This document shows, in pieces, positions 1 through 8,622 of a stretch of 64,000 bases of DNA. A program made the translations under genes and the position numbers. The stretch lies in assembly GCA_022563195.1 (NCBI GenBank), contig JADFNV010000006.1:12045-76044 (forward strand), read 5' to 3'. This DNA is from Pseudomonadota bacterium. GTDB taxonomy: Bacteria; Pseudomonadota; Gammaproteobacteria; Steroidobacterales; Woeseiaceae. The notes beneath the pieces are model-generated. The model did no database searches. It worked only from the letters and a program-made list of their open reading frames with translations, and was not told the origin of the DNA. Every line of letters begins with the position of its first letter. The stretch's first letter is position 1.

Positions 1-1283
1 CTGGGAATCTCCAAATCATGAACGCGCGTCTTCGCGGTCATCAATTCGTGAAGGAGGGTGCGGAAGAGCTCTTGGAGCGCGGCTGTCTTGCGACCTGCTG
101 TTGCGATCTTCGATTCGATCGCCTCAAGTGCGCCTGCGATTTCTTCTTGCTCTACCAGGGACGGCTTGGGGACGAGGATTGATTTAACATCACCTTGGTT
201 AATGCTCGATTGAGCAACGGCTCGCTTCGCGGTTCCAACGATTTGTTTTTTTGTAACCGGCGAATTGAGGAACTTGAAGACATATTGCTTTCGTACTTTT
301 GCTTCATCTACCGAGAACCGCATCATGTTGGATTCAAAGACCATCTCACTGCGAATCTCTCCGATTAACGCTGTCTTCCCCAAGTGAGACAGACTGTTCA
401 CACGATTGATGACGATGTCACCTGCTTCGAGCCCATAGGAGTCGATCTCGTTGGAGCTGAGACGAACAAGGTTTCTGGCTTTCGTGACCACGTCACCGTC
501 GTTGCCGAAGTCGTCAATTCTCAGAATCTGAGTTCCTGTTCCATATTCCCTCTTGTGCTTATAGATTCCATTTTGTGGCTCTTTCTGGAAAATTGTTCCC
601 AACTCCACCACCTCCCAGCTTTCGGGGATGAGCCCGATTTCGGTTTGTTTTTGGGGTTCGTTGTGGAGGCCTTCGGTGAAGAGCTTTTGCATGAGAGCCT
701 TTTTCAGCTCGGTGGTGATTTGAATGATCCGTTCCTGCGTTTCGATTGCACGCTGTACCATAGAAAGGATGTGCGCGATTTTTTTTTGCTCAAGGAGTGG
801 GGGAAGAGCGATCTCAAGGGACTTCAATTTTCCCTTGTTTAGGGTCTGTCCCTTGATCGCCGTGTCTTGATAGTCCTTGTAGTTGATCTGGGATAAATAA
901 TACCTAAGAAAGTCGTAGTTGACCGATTCGCAATCAGGACGAAATGAAATTATCGCTTCGTTGTGGAACGCCGGTATTCCAAGTTGTGAGACGCGCCCGA
1001 TCGTCAGTTTAAACGACATCAGTAGGCTGCCTTCAGGAACCAGCTGGCCACGAAAGATTTTATCGTAGGCTTCCTGTGATACTTTCTCAGCGGTTTTCAT
1101 GACGACGCCGTGAGGTGTCATATCCGAGATACTGACCCACGGATATTTTCCGTTCTTCCAATAAATAGAGCCTGCGCGAGGTGGTGTTTTTCCAAGCTTG
1201 AAATCAACGATATTGCCGAACAGCTCTGCAGTCCATTCGGTGGGCAGAGATTCTGTATCTAGATGTTTAAGATCGAGGCTCAT
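1..1283 (-). CDS. hsdS: Type I restriction-modification specificity subunit (3' end runs off the window; absent from ORF track)
   Basis: Manual translation from ATG 1283 (ATGA overlap with hsdM stop): MSLDLKHLDTESLPTEW...GKTPPRAGSIYW...LEIALPPLLEQKKIAHIL...LMQKLFTEG...IPESWEVVELG...VPKPSLVEQEEIAGAL...LLHELMTAKTRV. Two TRDs plus two conserved helical regions. Confidence 0.93.
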   Translation of the reverse strand, partial: MSLDLKHLDTESLPTEWTAELFGNIVDFKLGKTPPRAGSIYWKNGKYPWVSISDMTPHGVVMKTAEKVSQEAYDKIFRGQLVPEGSLLMSFKLTIGRVSQLGIPAFHNEAIISFRPDCESVNYDFLRYYLSQINYKDYQDTAIKGQTLNKGKLKSLEIALPPLLEQKKIAHILSMVQRAIETQERIIQITTELKKALMQKLFTEGLHNEPQKQTEIGLIPESWEVVELGTIFQKEPQNGIYKHKREYGTGTQILRIDDFGNDGDVVTKARNLVRLSSNEIDSYGLEAGDIVINRVNSLSHLGKTALIGEIRSEMVFESNMMRFSVDEAKVRKQYVFKFLNSPVTKKQIVGTAKRAVAQSSINQGDVKSILVPKPSLVEQEEIAGALEAIESKIATAGRKTAALQELFRTLLHELMTAKTRVHDLEIP

Positions 1284-2854
1284 ACTCCGATCTTCTCCAA
1301 GATCGTCCGCAACGCATTATCTACGTCCCGCGCTTCGATCTCTGTCGCGTCGAGTTCGGCAATGATTTCCGCGATGGGGCGGTAGGTTTCCGCGTCGGCC
1401 GTATGAATGTAACGACTGGGGGAAATGTTGTAGTCGTTTTTCTTCAACTCCGCATGCTCAACTATGCGGCTGAGTTTTTCCTCCTCCTTCCAGTTAATCA
1501 GGGTATTGACGATACGATCAATACCCGTGTCCGGAATGAAATTCTTGGGATCACCCTTCTCGAAAGCCTGGCTGGCATTGACCAGGAATATCTTGCGCTG
1601 TCGGTCCTTTGGCTTGGCCTTGTTCAGGAAGAGAACGATGCCCGGTGCGCTTGTATTGTAAAAGAGGTTGTCGGGCAGGTAGAGGACACTCTCAATCAGG
1701 TCGTTGTCGACAAACCACTGGCGGACGGTCTTTTCCTTGCTGATGCCGGCATTGCCCGACCCACGAGAGACTGCGCCGGTGTCGAGGACAACGGCGGCGC
1801 GGCCGGTGGCATTGAGACTGGCGCGCATATGCTGCACCCAACCCCAATCCGCGGAGGATTTACCGGGGAACCCGGCCCCGGCGGGGAAACGGTCAAGCTC
1901 ATCGTTTTCGTAGTCAGCTGCGGTGTACCAGTCCTGATTCCACATGGGATTAGCGACGACGCGGTCGAAGGTGCGAAGCTTGCCGCCCTTACGAAATTTC
2001 GGGTTCTTGAAGGTATCGCCAATCTCGATCTCGCCCTCCATGTCGTGGATGATCATGTTCATGTTGGCCATGGCCCAAGTGTCGGCGATGTATTCCTGCC
2101 CGAAGAGTTTGAGGGGGGAGACGGTGCGTTTCTTTTTGCCTTTGGTCTGCTCCTCCATGGCGATCTCGCATTTGATCAACAGGCCGCCGGAGCCGCAGCA
2201 GGGGTCGTAGATCTCCATACCGGGTTCCGGCTGCAACACCTTTGACATGATCGTACCTACCTCGGGCGGCGTGTAGAACTCGCCGGCGCTTTGGCCGCTA
2301 CCCTCAGCGAATTTTCGGATAAGGTATTCGTAGCTCTTGCCGATGATGTCAGCCTCGACATCGTCCAGCCCCAAACGTTTGGTGCTGATGGCTTCGATGA
2401 GATTGGAGAGGCGGTCGTCGTCGATGTCGCGCTGGCCGTGGGTGGTAGCGTTGAAATCAACGCAGTCGATAATGCCCTGGAGACGCGGGTTTTCCCTGGC
2501 AATGGCCCGCATGTGGGTAGTGACGCCTTCACCGATTTGATCCGATAGCTTGCGGATGACAGACCAGACAGGCTGCTCGGGATCGTCGGGCATGAGGGGA
2601 AGGTAGAAACGGACCATTGCTTTGCCCTGTCCTGCCTTTCGCCAGTCTGCCTTCGTGAGCTGGAAAGCCTTCTTTCTTGAACCGACTTCCTTCGCGATAC
2701 GATCGACTTCGTCATCAAAAACATCGCAGAGCCGCTTGGTGAAGATCAGTGGCAGAATGTAATCCTTGTATTTGGCCGCATCCTTCGCGCCGCGGATGGA
2801 GCAGGCAGCATCCCATATCCAGGCTTCGAGGGATTTGTCTTTTTCTTTTGCCAT
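1280..2854 (-). CDS. hsdM: Type I R-M N6-adenine methyltransferase subunit M
   Basis: N-terminal WDAACSIRG, GEFYTPPEV, SAM motif YDPCCGSGG, catalytic NPMW, C-terminal YNISPSRY; coupled to hsdS. Confidence 0.95.
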   Translation of the reverse strand: MAKEKDKSLEAWIWDAACSIRGAKDAAKYKDYILPLIFTKRLCDVFDDEVDRIAKEVGSRKKAFQLTKADWRKAGQGKAMVRFYLPLMPDDPEQPVWSVIRKLSDQIGEGVTTHMRAIARENPRLQGIIDCVDFNATTHGQRDIDDDRLSNLIEAISTKRLGLDDVEADIIGKSYEYLIRKFAEGSGQSAGEFYTPPEVGTIMSKVLQPEPGMEIYDPCCGSGGLLIKCEIAMEEQTKGKKKRTVSPLKLFGQEYIADTWAMANMNMIIHDMEGEIEIGDTFKNPKFRKGGKLRTFDRVVANPMWNQDWYTAADYENDELDRFPAGAGFPGKSSADWGWVQHMRASLNATGRAAVVLDTGAVSRGSGNAGISKEKTVRQWFVDNDLIESVLYLPDNLFYNTSAPGIVLFLNKAKPKDRQRKIFLVNASQAFEKGDPKNFIPDTGIDRIVNTLINWKEEEKLSRIVEHAELKKNDYNISPSRYIHTADAETYRPIAEIIAELDATEIEARDVDNALRTILEKIGV

Positions 2855-2886
2855 TAGAGTTCTTTGTTGTCCTTGAATTGATCGGA

Positions 2887-3732
2887 TTAACCACTTAGTA
2901 CAAAACCAATGCCGTCCCGAAAACCGGCTAATAGTTTCAACCCGCTTGCTGCCTTGTCCCCTAGCTCCCCCACCAAGCGCAAGTTTCCATTCGGGTCTGC
3001 CTCGTCGCCAAGCACTTTTTCGACGGCGTCAAGAACACGATCTGGATATTCGCTGTTGTTGCCAATACACTCAGCTGCATCGTATCCGGCTAGCCAGGCA
3101 CCGGCCACCTGGTAATCGAATTCATCACTGTCGAATAAATGTGTTCCGACGTCATATAGTCTTTTTGTGTTGTCGTCGTTCAAGTAGTTTGAAAGCACTA
3201 GAAATAGATCACTTGCATCTTTTCTTGGTGTATACGTGTGTCGCTCTGACCATGCCATGAGCTTCAGAATTGCTTGCATCGGCAGGCAGACGGTTGCGAC
3301 GTACTGTTTGTCTGGCAATATGATCTCAACTGCAGTCGCACGAGCCTCCCCGTATCCCAGTACTCCCATCACGGAGTTGTCTTCCGGCCACATGATCGTG
3401 CCATCGTCGCGCTCAACACCACCAAATGGGATAAGGTCGAGCGGGATACCGCCGCGATGGATAAGCCGGTGATTGCCAGGCCGGCCGGGTGTGAAGTGCT
3501 CGGAACTCAGAATTGAGTCGCGTAATTTTTGGAATTCGTCCCAACCAGCGACGGCAAGTCCGAAGTCGATGTCCGTGGTCGCACGAGTGATTGGCACACC
3601 GTAGCCATAATGAAGCAACAGATCGCGTGCCATTGCACCCACGACCAAAAAGTCAGCATCGGGAGCTACGTCTCGCGCGTCAGACAGGATCGCTGACAGC
3701 CAGCGAAGTTCGACTTTATCGCTTAAATCCAT
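2887..3732 (-). CDS. AbiEii-like nucleotidyltransferase toxin (type IV TA)
   Basis: VVGAMARD...RATTDIDF DNA-pol-beta-type NTase motif and RKDASD motif. Likely start MDLSDK at 3732, overlapping the upstream antitoxin stop. Confidence 0.8.
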   Translation of the reverse strand: MDLSDKVELRWLSAILSDARDVAPDADFLVVGAMARDLLLHYGYGVPITRATTDIDFGLAVAGWDEFQKLRDSILSSEHFTPGRPGNHRLIHRGGIPLDLIPFGGVERDDGTIMWPEDNSVMGVLGYGEARATAVEIILPDKQYVATVCLPMQAILKLMAWSERHTYTPRKDASDLFLVLSNYLNDDNTKRLYDVGTHLFDSDEFDYQVAGAWLAGYDAAECIGNNSEYPDRVLDAVEKVLGDEADPNGNLRLVGELGDKAASGLKLLAGFRDGIGFVLSG

Positions 3733-4732
3733 CAATGATCCTTTCGTAGATGATATCTGCTGCTTCGAGGCAGCGAGCATCACCGATGTTTAGCAAATCT
3801 GCGTAAATCAAAGGGCAAGGCGTTGTGTCTTTCTCAGCCGTAGGAAACGCCCAAAATCGTTGCAGAATTTCAACCGGACCATCTGGGTCCTGCTGTAGCT
3901 TGTGTTCAATCAGCAAACGTGGATCGGTTTTTTCTCCATAAAAGGTAACGGTTTCCGGCCGTAAGACCTGTGTTAAACGTTCCGCAGCCACCTCCCCACC
4001 AAATACAAGGTTGTACTTGGCTGGATTCAGGTTTGCCCACCATCGTGTCTGGTCGGTCTGGAATCGCCCCATGATGAGCTTTGGCCGTAGCGTGCGCGCG
4101 TAGGCCTCTGCCCAGCGTTTCAGGAGCAACTCGGGCTGAAGGAGTCTTCGCTCACCATTGATTTCTGCGATGAATCCCAAGGTTGGCAAATCCGCCATGA
4201 CCCAGCCAACCGTGCCATGAGCCACTCCGGCCAGTCGTGCGATCTCCCGATACGGTTCGGCCACCCACTCTGGATGGCATAGCAAAGCAAACAGTACTTT
4301 GAGGCCGCTCGCCTGGAACGCGCGTCCCGTGATCTTGTGGGTCGTTGTCTTTTCGTTTGGCCGCTCGCCCTTGATCCAGACAAGTATTGGTGGTTGATTA
4401 ATATATGCATTGCCGGCCGCATCGAGAAACGCAATATTTCGGGCCTTGAGCTTGTCAGCCAGTGGAGGGGTTACGTAATCGGTAATCAAAAGTGGGGGCT
4501 TTCCGGCTTGTTCGATTTGATGGAGCGCTGCCCCGAGTGTTGCCGGACGGAGGCCTTTTTTGACTTCTACGGCGTAGGTTCGGGTGTGGCGGCCATGGCC
4601 TATTCGCACGAACGCGTCCACTCTGCGGTCGCCGACTTTCACGTCCCGTTTTTCGATCTCAGCGGTAATACCGAGTGCCGGCGCTATGGCCAGGACGGTA
4701 TCAAGTAGTTGGTTTTGAGTATATCTGTCCAT
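3716..4732 (-). CDS. AbiEi-family antitoxin / transcriptional regulator (type IV TA)
   Basis: FLDAAGNAYI, HTH-like YREIARLAGVAHGTV, FGGEVAA, PLIYADLL...GDARCLEAA; directly upstream of the NTase gene. Confidence 0.8.
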   Translation of the reverse strand: MDRYTQNQLLDTVLAIAPALGITAEIEKRDVKVGDRRVDAFVRIGHGRHTRTYAVEVKKGLRPATLGAALHQIEQAGKPPLLITDYVTPPLADKLKARNIAFLDAAGNAYINQPPILVWIKGERPNEKTTTHKITGRAFQASGLKVLFALLCHPEWVAEPYREIARLAGVAHGTVGWVMADLPTLGFIAEINGERRLLQPELLLKRWAEAYARTLRPKLIMGRFQTDQTRWWANLNPAKYNLVFGGEVAAERLTQVLRPETVTFYGEKTDPRLLIEHKLQQDPDGPVEILQRFWAFPTAEKDTTPCPLIYADLLNIGDARCLEAADIIYERIIDGFKR

Positions 4733-4742
4733 TTATCTGCAT

Positions 4743-4761
4743 TGTCCACGTTACGTGGACA
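4743..4761. promoter_or_regulatory. Inverted repeat TGTCCACG-TTA-CGTGGACA, candidate AbiEi autorepression operator
   Basis: Perfect 8-bp inverted repeat 10 bp upstream of the abiEi start; extra GTGGACA half sites at 4772-4778 and 5002-5008. Confidence 0.55.
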
Positions 4762-5154
4762 GTAGTCAATAGTGGACAACCTGCGCATTCGCCGAGTCAC
4801 TACCAGAAGCGAAGCGCTGTAGTGACGCGGCGCTCTGAACCAGCCACGACGCGCATTCTGGCGGGATTTTGCAAGTTCTCGGTGAGTGACGCGGACTCAA
4901 ATGCACGTTCTTGCCTTGATGCGAACGGACCTCCCTGCTCACGATCGGACGCCTGTGGACTGGTGCGAATAACGCCCGCACCGACCTAATGAGCCTTATA
5001 TGTGGACAATAGACCATATTCGGAGTAGTGTGATCTGCATTGTACGTGGCCGTTGCGGAAAAACGGTACCTAGGCAGGGGTGAACCTGCCCGAAGTCGAG
5101 GTCTGATTTTCAGGCTGGTCGGCCCAGGACGTTTCGGCGTCCTTCTACTCAGTC

Positions 5155-5208
5155 GGGCATCAGTCCCGGCATCTTCGACTTAACTGGGCATCTCTGCCCG
5201 GCATCTTC
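5155..5208 (+). repeat. Imperfect direct repeat pair (GGGCATC-N3/4-CCCGGCATCTTC) upstream of the second recombinase
   Basis: GGGCATCAGTCCCGGCATCTTC (5155-5176) and GGGCATCTCTGCCCGGCATCTTC (5186-5208); four GGCATC cores in total. Confidence 0.75.
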
Positions 5209-5492
5209 ATGCATGGCCGGACTTAATCATTCGGCTACGTTTTCTCATACGCCTATGGCGTTTCTTTTACTCAACCCCAAAGGAGGTAGATATCCACTCG
5301 TTCTGTTTTTGGATCGAGTGGCCAACTGGTGGTCCCCGGTGGAACTTCACAAAGATCCCCCGGCGAACCTGATTAAGGCTTCAGGCCTTAAGGGACTGGT
5401 GTCCCACGACCGTTTCCGATCATGAATCGGACCTCGTATGCCCTAAGGCTGCGAGCTGGTCATCCAAACTAACCAATGAGGCAAGACGCACC

Positions 5493-6359
5493 ATGAAAGA
5501 CCTGAACTACCAGTTAAGCAAACTCTGCCGTGACAACCGTGACGGCGGGTTTTCGACTCAAGCAACCCGGTCCCGGATATTGGACCTGATTGCCAATCAG
5601 CTGTTGGCGTTGGGATTCAGGCGCATGCAGGCGAGTTCACTTAAACCGAAGCATATTGATGCCCTGCTCGCAAAATGGTGCGAGCAGGGCATCAGTCCCG
5701 GGACATTGAAGAACCGCCTGTCAGCGCTTCGCTGGTGGGCGAAGAAGATCAACAAGCCCAGCATCATTGTCCGGGACAACCGTGTCTATGGTATTGGCAA
5801 GCTGCAGAACGTCGCGAAGGGATCCAAGGCTCTGAAACTGGACGATATGCAACTGTCTGGGATCTCGGATCAATACGTCCTATTGAGCATCCGCTTACAA
5901 GCAGCCTTTGGTCTGCGCCGTGAAGAATCGATCAAGTTCAGTCCGTCCTATGCGATGCAGACCGATCACATCAAACTCAAACCGAGTTGGACCAAAGGCG
6001 GGCGAGCAAGAACGGTCCCGATCCGGAACGAAGATCAGCGCCAACTGCTGCAGGAAATCAAGGCATTCGTCAAAGGCGGCTCTTTGATCCCGGCAGAACT
6101 TAATTACGTACAGCAATTGAATCGTTACCAGCGACAGCTTCGCAATGCGGGTCTGTCGAAGCTGCACGGTCTGCGGCATGGCTATGCGCAGCAGCGTTAT
6201 TTGGAGCTCGCCGAACGGGTTTGTCCAGTGGCGGGTGGGTTGCCATCGAAGGAACTGGACCCTGCACAACGAGCGCTCGACCATGAGGCGCGAGCCATCG
6301 TCAGCAGCGAACTTGGCCACGCTCGAGTTGAAGTAGCAGCGGTGTATCTCGGCCGATGA
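5493..6359 (+). CDS. Tyrosine recombinase-like protein (phage integrase N-terminal SAM-like plus Integrase_1-type catalytic domain)
   Basis: Catalytic set GLRREE (R), WTKGGR (K), HGLRH, ELGH, AVYLG (Y); N-terminal SLKPKHI...TLKNRLSALRWWA. Confidence 0.85.
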   Translation: MKDLNYQLSKLCRDNRDGGFSTQATRSRILDLIANQLLALGFRRMQASSLKPKHIDALLAKWCEQGISPGTLKNRLSALRWWAKKINKPSIIVRDNRVYGIGKLQNVAKGSKALKLDDMQLSGISDQYVLLSIRLQAAFGLRREESIKFSPSYAMQTDHIKLKPSWTKGGRARTVPIRNEDQRQLLQEIKAFVKGGSLIPAELNYVQQLNRYQRQLRNAGLSKLHGLRHGYAQQRYLELAERVCPVAGGLPSKELDPAQRALDHEARAIVSSELGHARVEVAAVYLGR

Positions 6360-6787
6360 AACCATCACGTGCATCCATCACTTTGTTACCGCGGCTCGTA
6401 CGCTTTCGCGATGCTCCAGCCTATCTCGGCATGGACCGCAACCGCTTCAACACCGAGGTCCGGCCCTTTCTCACCAACATTCCCATCGGTCAACAAGGCA
6501 TTGCCTTCGACCGACTTGAACTGGACGCCTGGGTGGAAGACTATATCTCCCACAACGGACGTCCCGGTCTGCCGAAAGGAGACAGGATATGGGACGTAAA
6601 AGAACGCCAGGGCTCGTCAGGAGACAAGGGCTCTGGCATATCGACAAGCGCATCGGTGGGCGACGCGTTTGCCAAAGCACTGGGACGGCTAAGCTCGAAG
6701 AAGCGGAGTTGTTCCTCGCCAGGCAAATCGAAGAATCCCGCCAAGCGCAAGTCTATGGCGTTCGGCCGGCGAGGTCGTTCGAGTTAG
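6356..6787 (+). CDS. Excisionase / AlpA-like small DNA-binding protein
   Basis: PRLVRFRDAPAYLGMDRNRFN...IAFDRLELDAWVE winged-HTH-like N-terminus; ATGA-coupled to the upstream recombinase; low-complexity tail overlaps int. Confidence 0.65.
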   Translation: MKPSRASITLLPRLVRFRDAPAYLGMDRNRFNTEVRPFLTNIPIGQQGIAFDRLELDAWVEDYISHNGRPGLPKGDRIWDVKERQGSSGDKGSGISTSASVGDAFAKALGRLSSKKRSCSSPGKSKNPAKRKSMAFGRRGRSS

Positions 6788-7671
6788 CTGCTGTAAAGTT
6801 TGTTCGCGAGAACCAGCACAAGCGCACGATTCGAAATGACATCGCTCAGCTGAAACGGCTGATGCCCTGGATAGGGTCGCTTCCTTTGAAGCGAATTCAC
6901 ATCGGGGTATTACAGTCGTGGATAGAACACCGACGTAAGGAGGGAGTAGCCACAGGAACCATTAACCACGGGCTGAAAGTTGTTCGACGCATCCTGAATC
7001 TCGCCCAAAGCGATTGGCTGGATGAGAACGGACTGACCTGGCTCGCGGCAGCACCGAAGATTAAGCTGTTACCGGATACCAAGAAGCGGCAACCTTATCC
7101 GCTGAACTGGGAAGAGCAACAGCAATTGTTCTCGGCGTTGCCAGCTCATCTAGCAGAAATGGCCTTGTACGCAGTCAACACTGGCTGCCGCGATGCGGAG
7201 ATCTGCAACCTGCGATGGGACTGGGAAGTGAAGGTATCCACTCTTGAAACGTTTGTGTTCATCGTGCCGGGAGAGTTCGTCAAGAACGGTGACGAAAGGC
7301 TGGTGGTTTTAAATGACATTGCCCGATCAGTAGTGAATGCGCGCCGAGGAAAACATCCGACGCATGTGTTCGCCTACAAAGGCAAACCGGTTACGAGGTT
7401 GCTGAACAGTTCCTGGTGCCGGGTCAGAAGAAACTTAGGCCTTGAACAGGTACGAGTGCACGATCTGAAGCACACGTTTGGTCGGAGGCTTCGTGCCGCC
7501 GGGGTGAGCTTCGAGGATCGGCAGGACCTGCTTGGTCATCGGTCAGGTCGGATGACGACGCACTACTCCGCAGCAGAGCTTTCGAAGCTCATTGAAGCGG
7601 CGAATAGTGTGTGTGAAAGAAGTGGTAACAAGCCCGAATTAGTCGTTTTACGACGAATCGGCGTCAGTTAG
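6589..7671 (+). CDS. int: Tyrosine-type site-specific integrase
   Basis: NTGCRDAE, VKNG, RVHDLKHTF, LLGH, TTHY; AAAGGAG RBS; adjacent to the tRNA 3' end. Confidence 0.93.
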   Translation: MGRKRTPGLVRRQGLWHIDKRIGGRRVCQSTGTAKLEEAELFLARQIEESRQAQVYGVRPARSFELAAVKFVRENQHKRTIRNDIAQLKRLMPWIGSLPLKRIHIGVLQSWIEHRRKEGVATGTINHGLKVVRRILNLAQSDWLDENGLTWLAAAPKIKLLPDTKKRQPYPLNWEEQQQLFSALPAHLAEMALYAVNTGCRDAEICNLRWDWEVKVSTLETFVFIVPGEFVKNGDERLVVLNDIARSVVNARRGKHPTHVFAYKGKPVTRLLNSSWCRVRRNLGLEQVRVHDLKHTFGRRLRAAGVSFEDRQDLLGHRSGRMTTHYSAAELSKLIEAANSVCERSGNKPELVVLRRIGVS

Positions 7672-7672
7672 G

Positions 7673-7691
7673 TCACGCAAAACTCACGCAA
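7673..7691 (+). repeat. Tandem TCACGCAA direct repeat, candidate integrase arm-type binding sites
   Basis: TCACGCAA at 7673-7680 and 7684-7691 (11-bp period); partial ACGCAAG at 7719-7725. Confidence 0.55.
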
Positions 7692-7738
7692 GGGCTTTTT
7701 TGGAAAAGCTTGGAAACGACGCAAGTTGTTGAAAAGAA

Positions 7739-7814
<76 letters not shown>

Positions 7815-7940
7815 CTCAACTCGGCTAACTATTCCGGACGCGGATTTTCAGTCCTAGCCTACCCTGTCGCTACGCGACCCCGCTACACTGGCCCCGCTAC
7901 GCACCCCGCTGCGCTGGCCCCCCACAGGGCTCTCCGAAGA

Positions 7941-7976
7941 GCGGGGTATTTAACCGACGCGCCGGCGGTGAGTCAA
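7941..7976 (-). promoter_or_regulatory. Sigma70-type promoter for tRNA-Phe
   Basis: TTGACT (7976-7971), 17 bp, TTAAAT (7953-7948), then GC-rich discriminator ACCCCGC, as at stable-RNA promoters. Confidence 0.6.
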
Positions 7977-8048
7977 GGTGAATGTTCAGAATCAACGCTA
8001 TCTTTGGGCCTCGCGCATGGTCATGCGGTCACGATCCGGGCCAGAGAC

Positions 8049-8570
8049 TTATGGCAGTTCCACGACTCTCTGCAATAAGGTCTGGCCGATTATTCCATCC
8101 CTATAAAACCAGATGCCAACACCGAGGCCGGCGGCCAACAATCCACCGTGGATCCATGACAGGGTTTTTGTGTCGTGCCCGTCGCTGGCCTGCTTAATGG
8201 CCGCGAGCGCCGGAATCATCGCGAGAACGGGCATCGTTTCATCGATTGCACCACTGATGGCAAGGCCAATCGCTACCGCGATTGTCCCCGCAAGCAGGTG
8301 TTGGTCGCTGTGATTGCTGCCGCGAGACCAGTTGAATCTGCGTCGGTTTAATTCGTAAGCGCCGACTACTGCCATGTAGCTCCAGATGGCACCAAAAAAC
8401 CCCGCAACCAACTGCTCTCCGGTAACGACGCCGGCAACGCCATAAACACCAATGAAAAAACACGGGACCCCCATGAGCACAGCAATAACTGCGCCGGTAT
8501 TAACGAGGGCATTACCGGTCGATAGAGGTTCGCTGCGCTCCGAAAGTTCGTTGATGTGCGAGATCCCCAA
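8049..8570 (-). CDS. Hypothetical membrane protein
   Basis: 173 aa with about 4-5 hydrophobic segments; co-oriented downstream of actF; TTG start uncertain. Confidence 0.55.
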   Translation of the reverse strand: MGISHINELSERSEPLSTGNALVNTGAVIAVLMGVPCFFIGVYGVAGVVTGEQLVAGFFGAIWSYMAVVGAYELNRRRFNWSRGSNHSDQHLLAGTIAVAIGLAISGAIDETMPVLAMIPALAAIKQASDGHDTKTLSWIHGGLLAAGLGVGIWFYRDGIIGQTLLQRVVELP

Positions 8571-8622
8571 GCCATATTGCTTCGGCTTTGTTAACTAGGA
8601 GATGACAGGATCGCCTTTATCA

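Larger units (their letters stand above)
1..7738. mobile_element. Right end of a tRNA-Phe-integrated genomic island (defence cargo plus recombination module); continues beyond the left window edge
   Basis: Tyrosine integrase ends 68 bp from the 3' CCA end of tRNA-Phe. Excisionase-like gene, second recombinase, R-M and AbiE cargo lie inside; tandem TCACGCAA repeats sit between int and tRNA. The other att site is not in the window. Confidence 0.85.

Noticed and set aside
384..842. 152-aa plus-strand ORF
   Set aside because: Antisense shadow of hsdS, which the ORF track missed because its stop lies outside the window.
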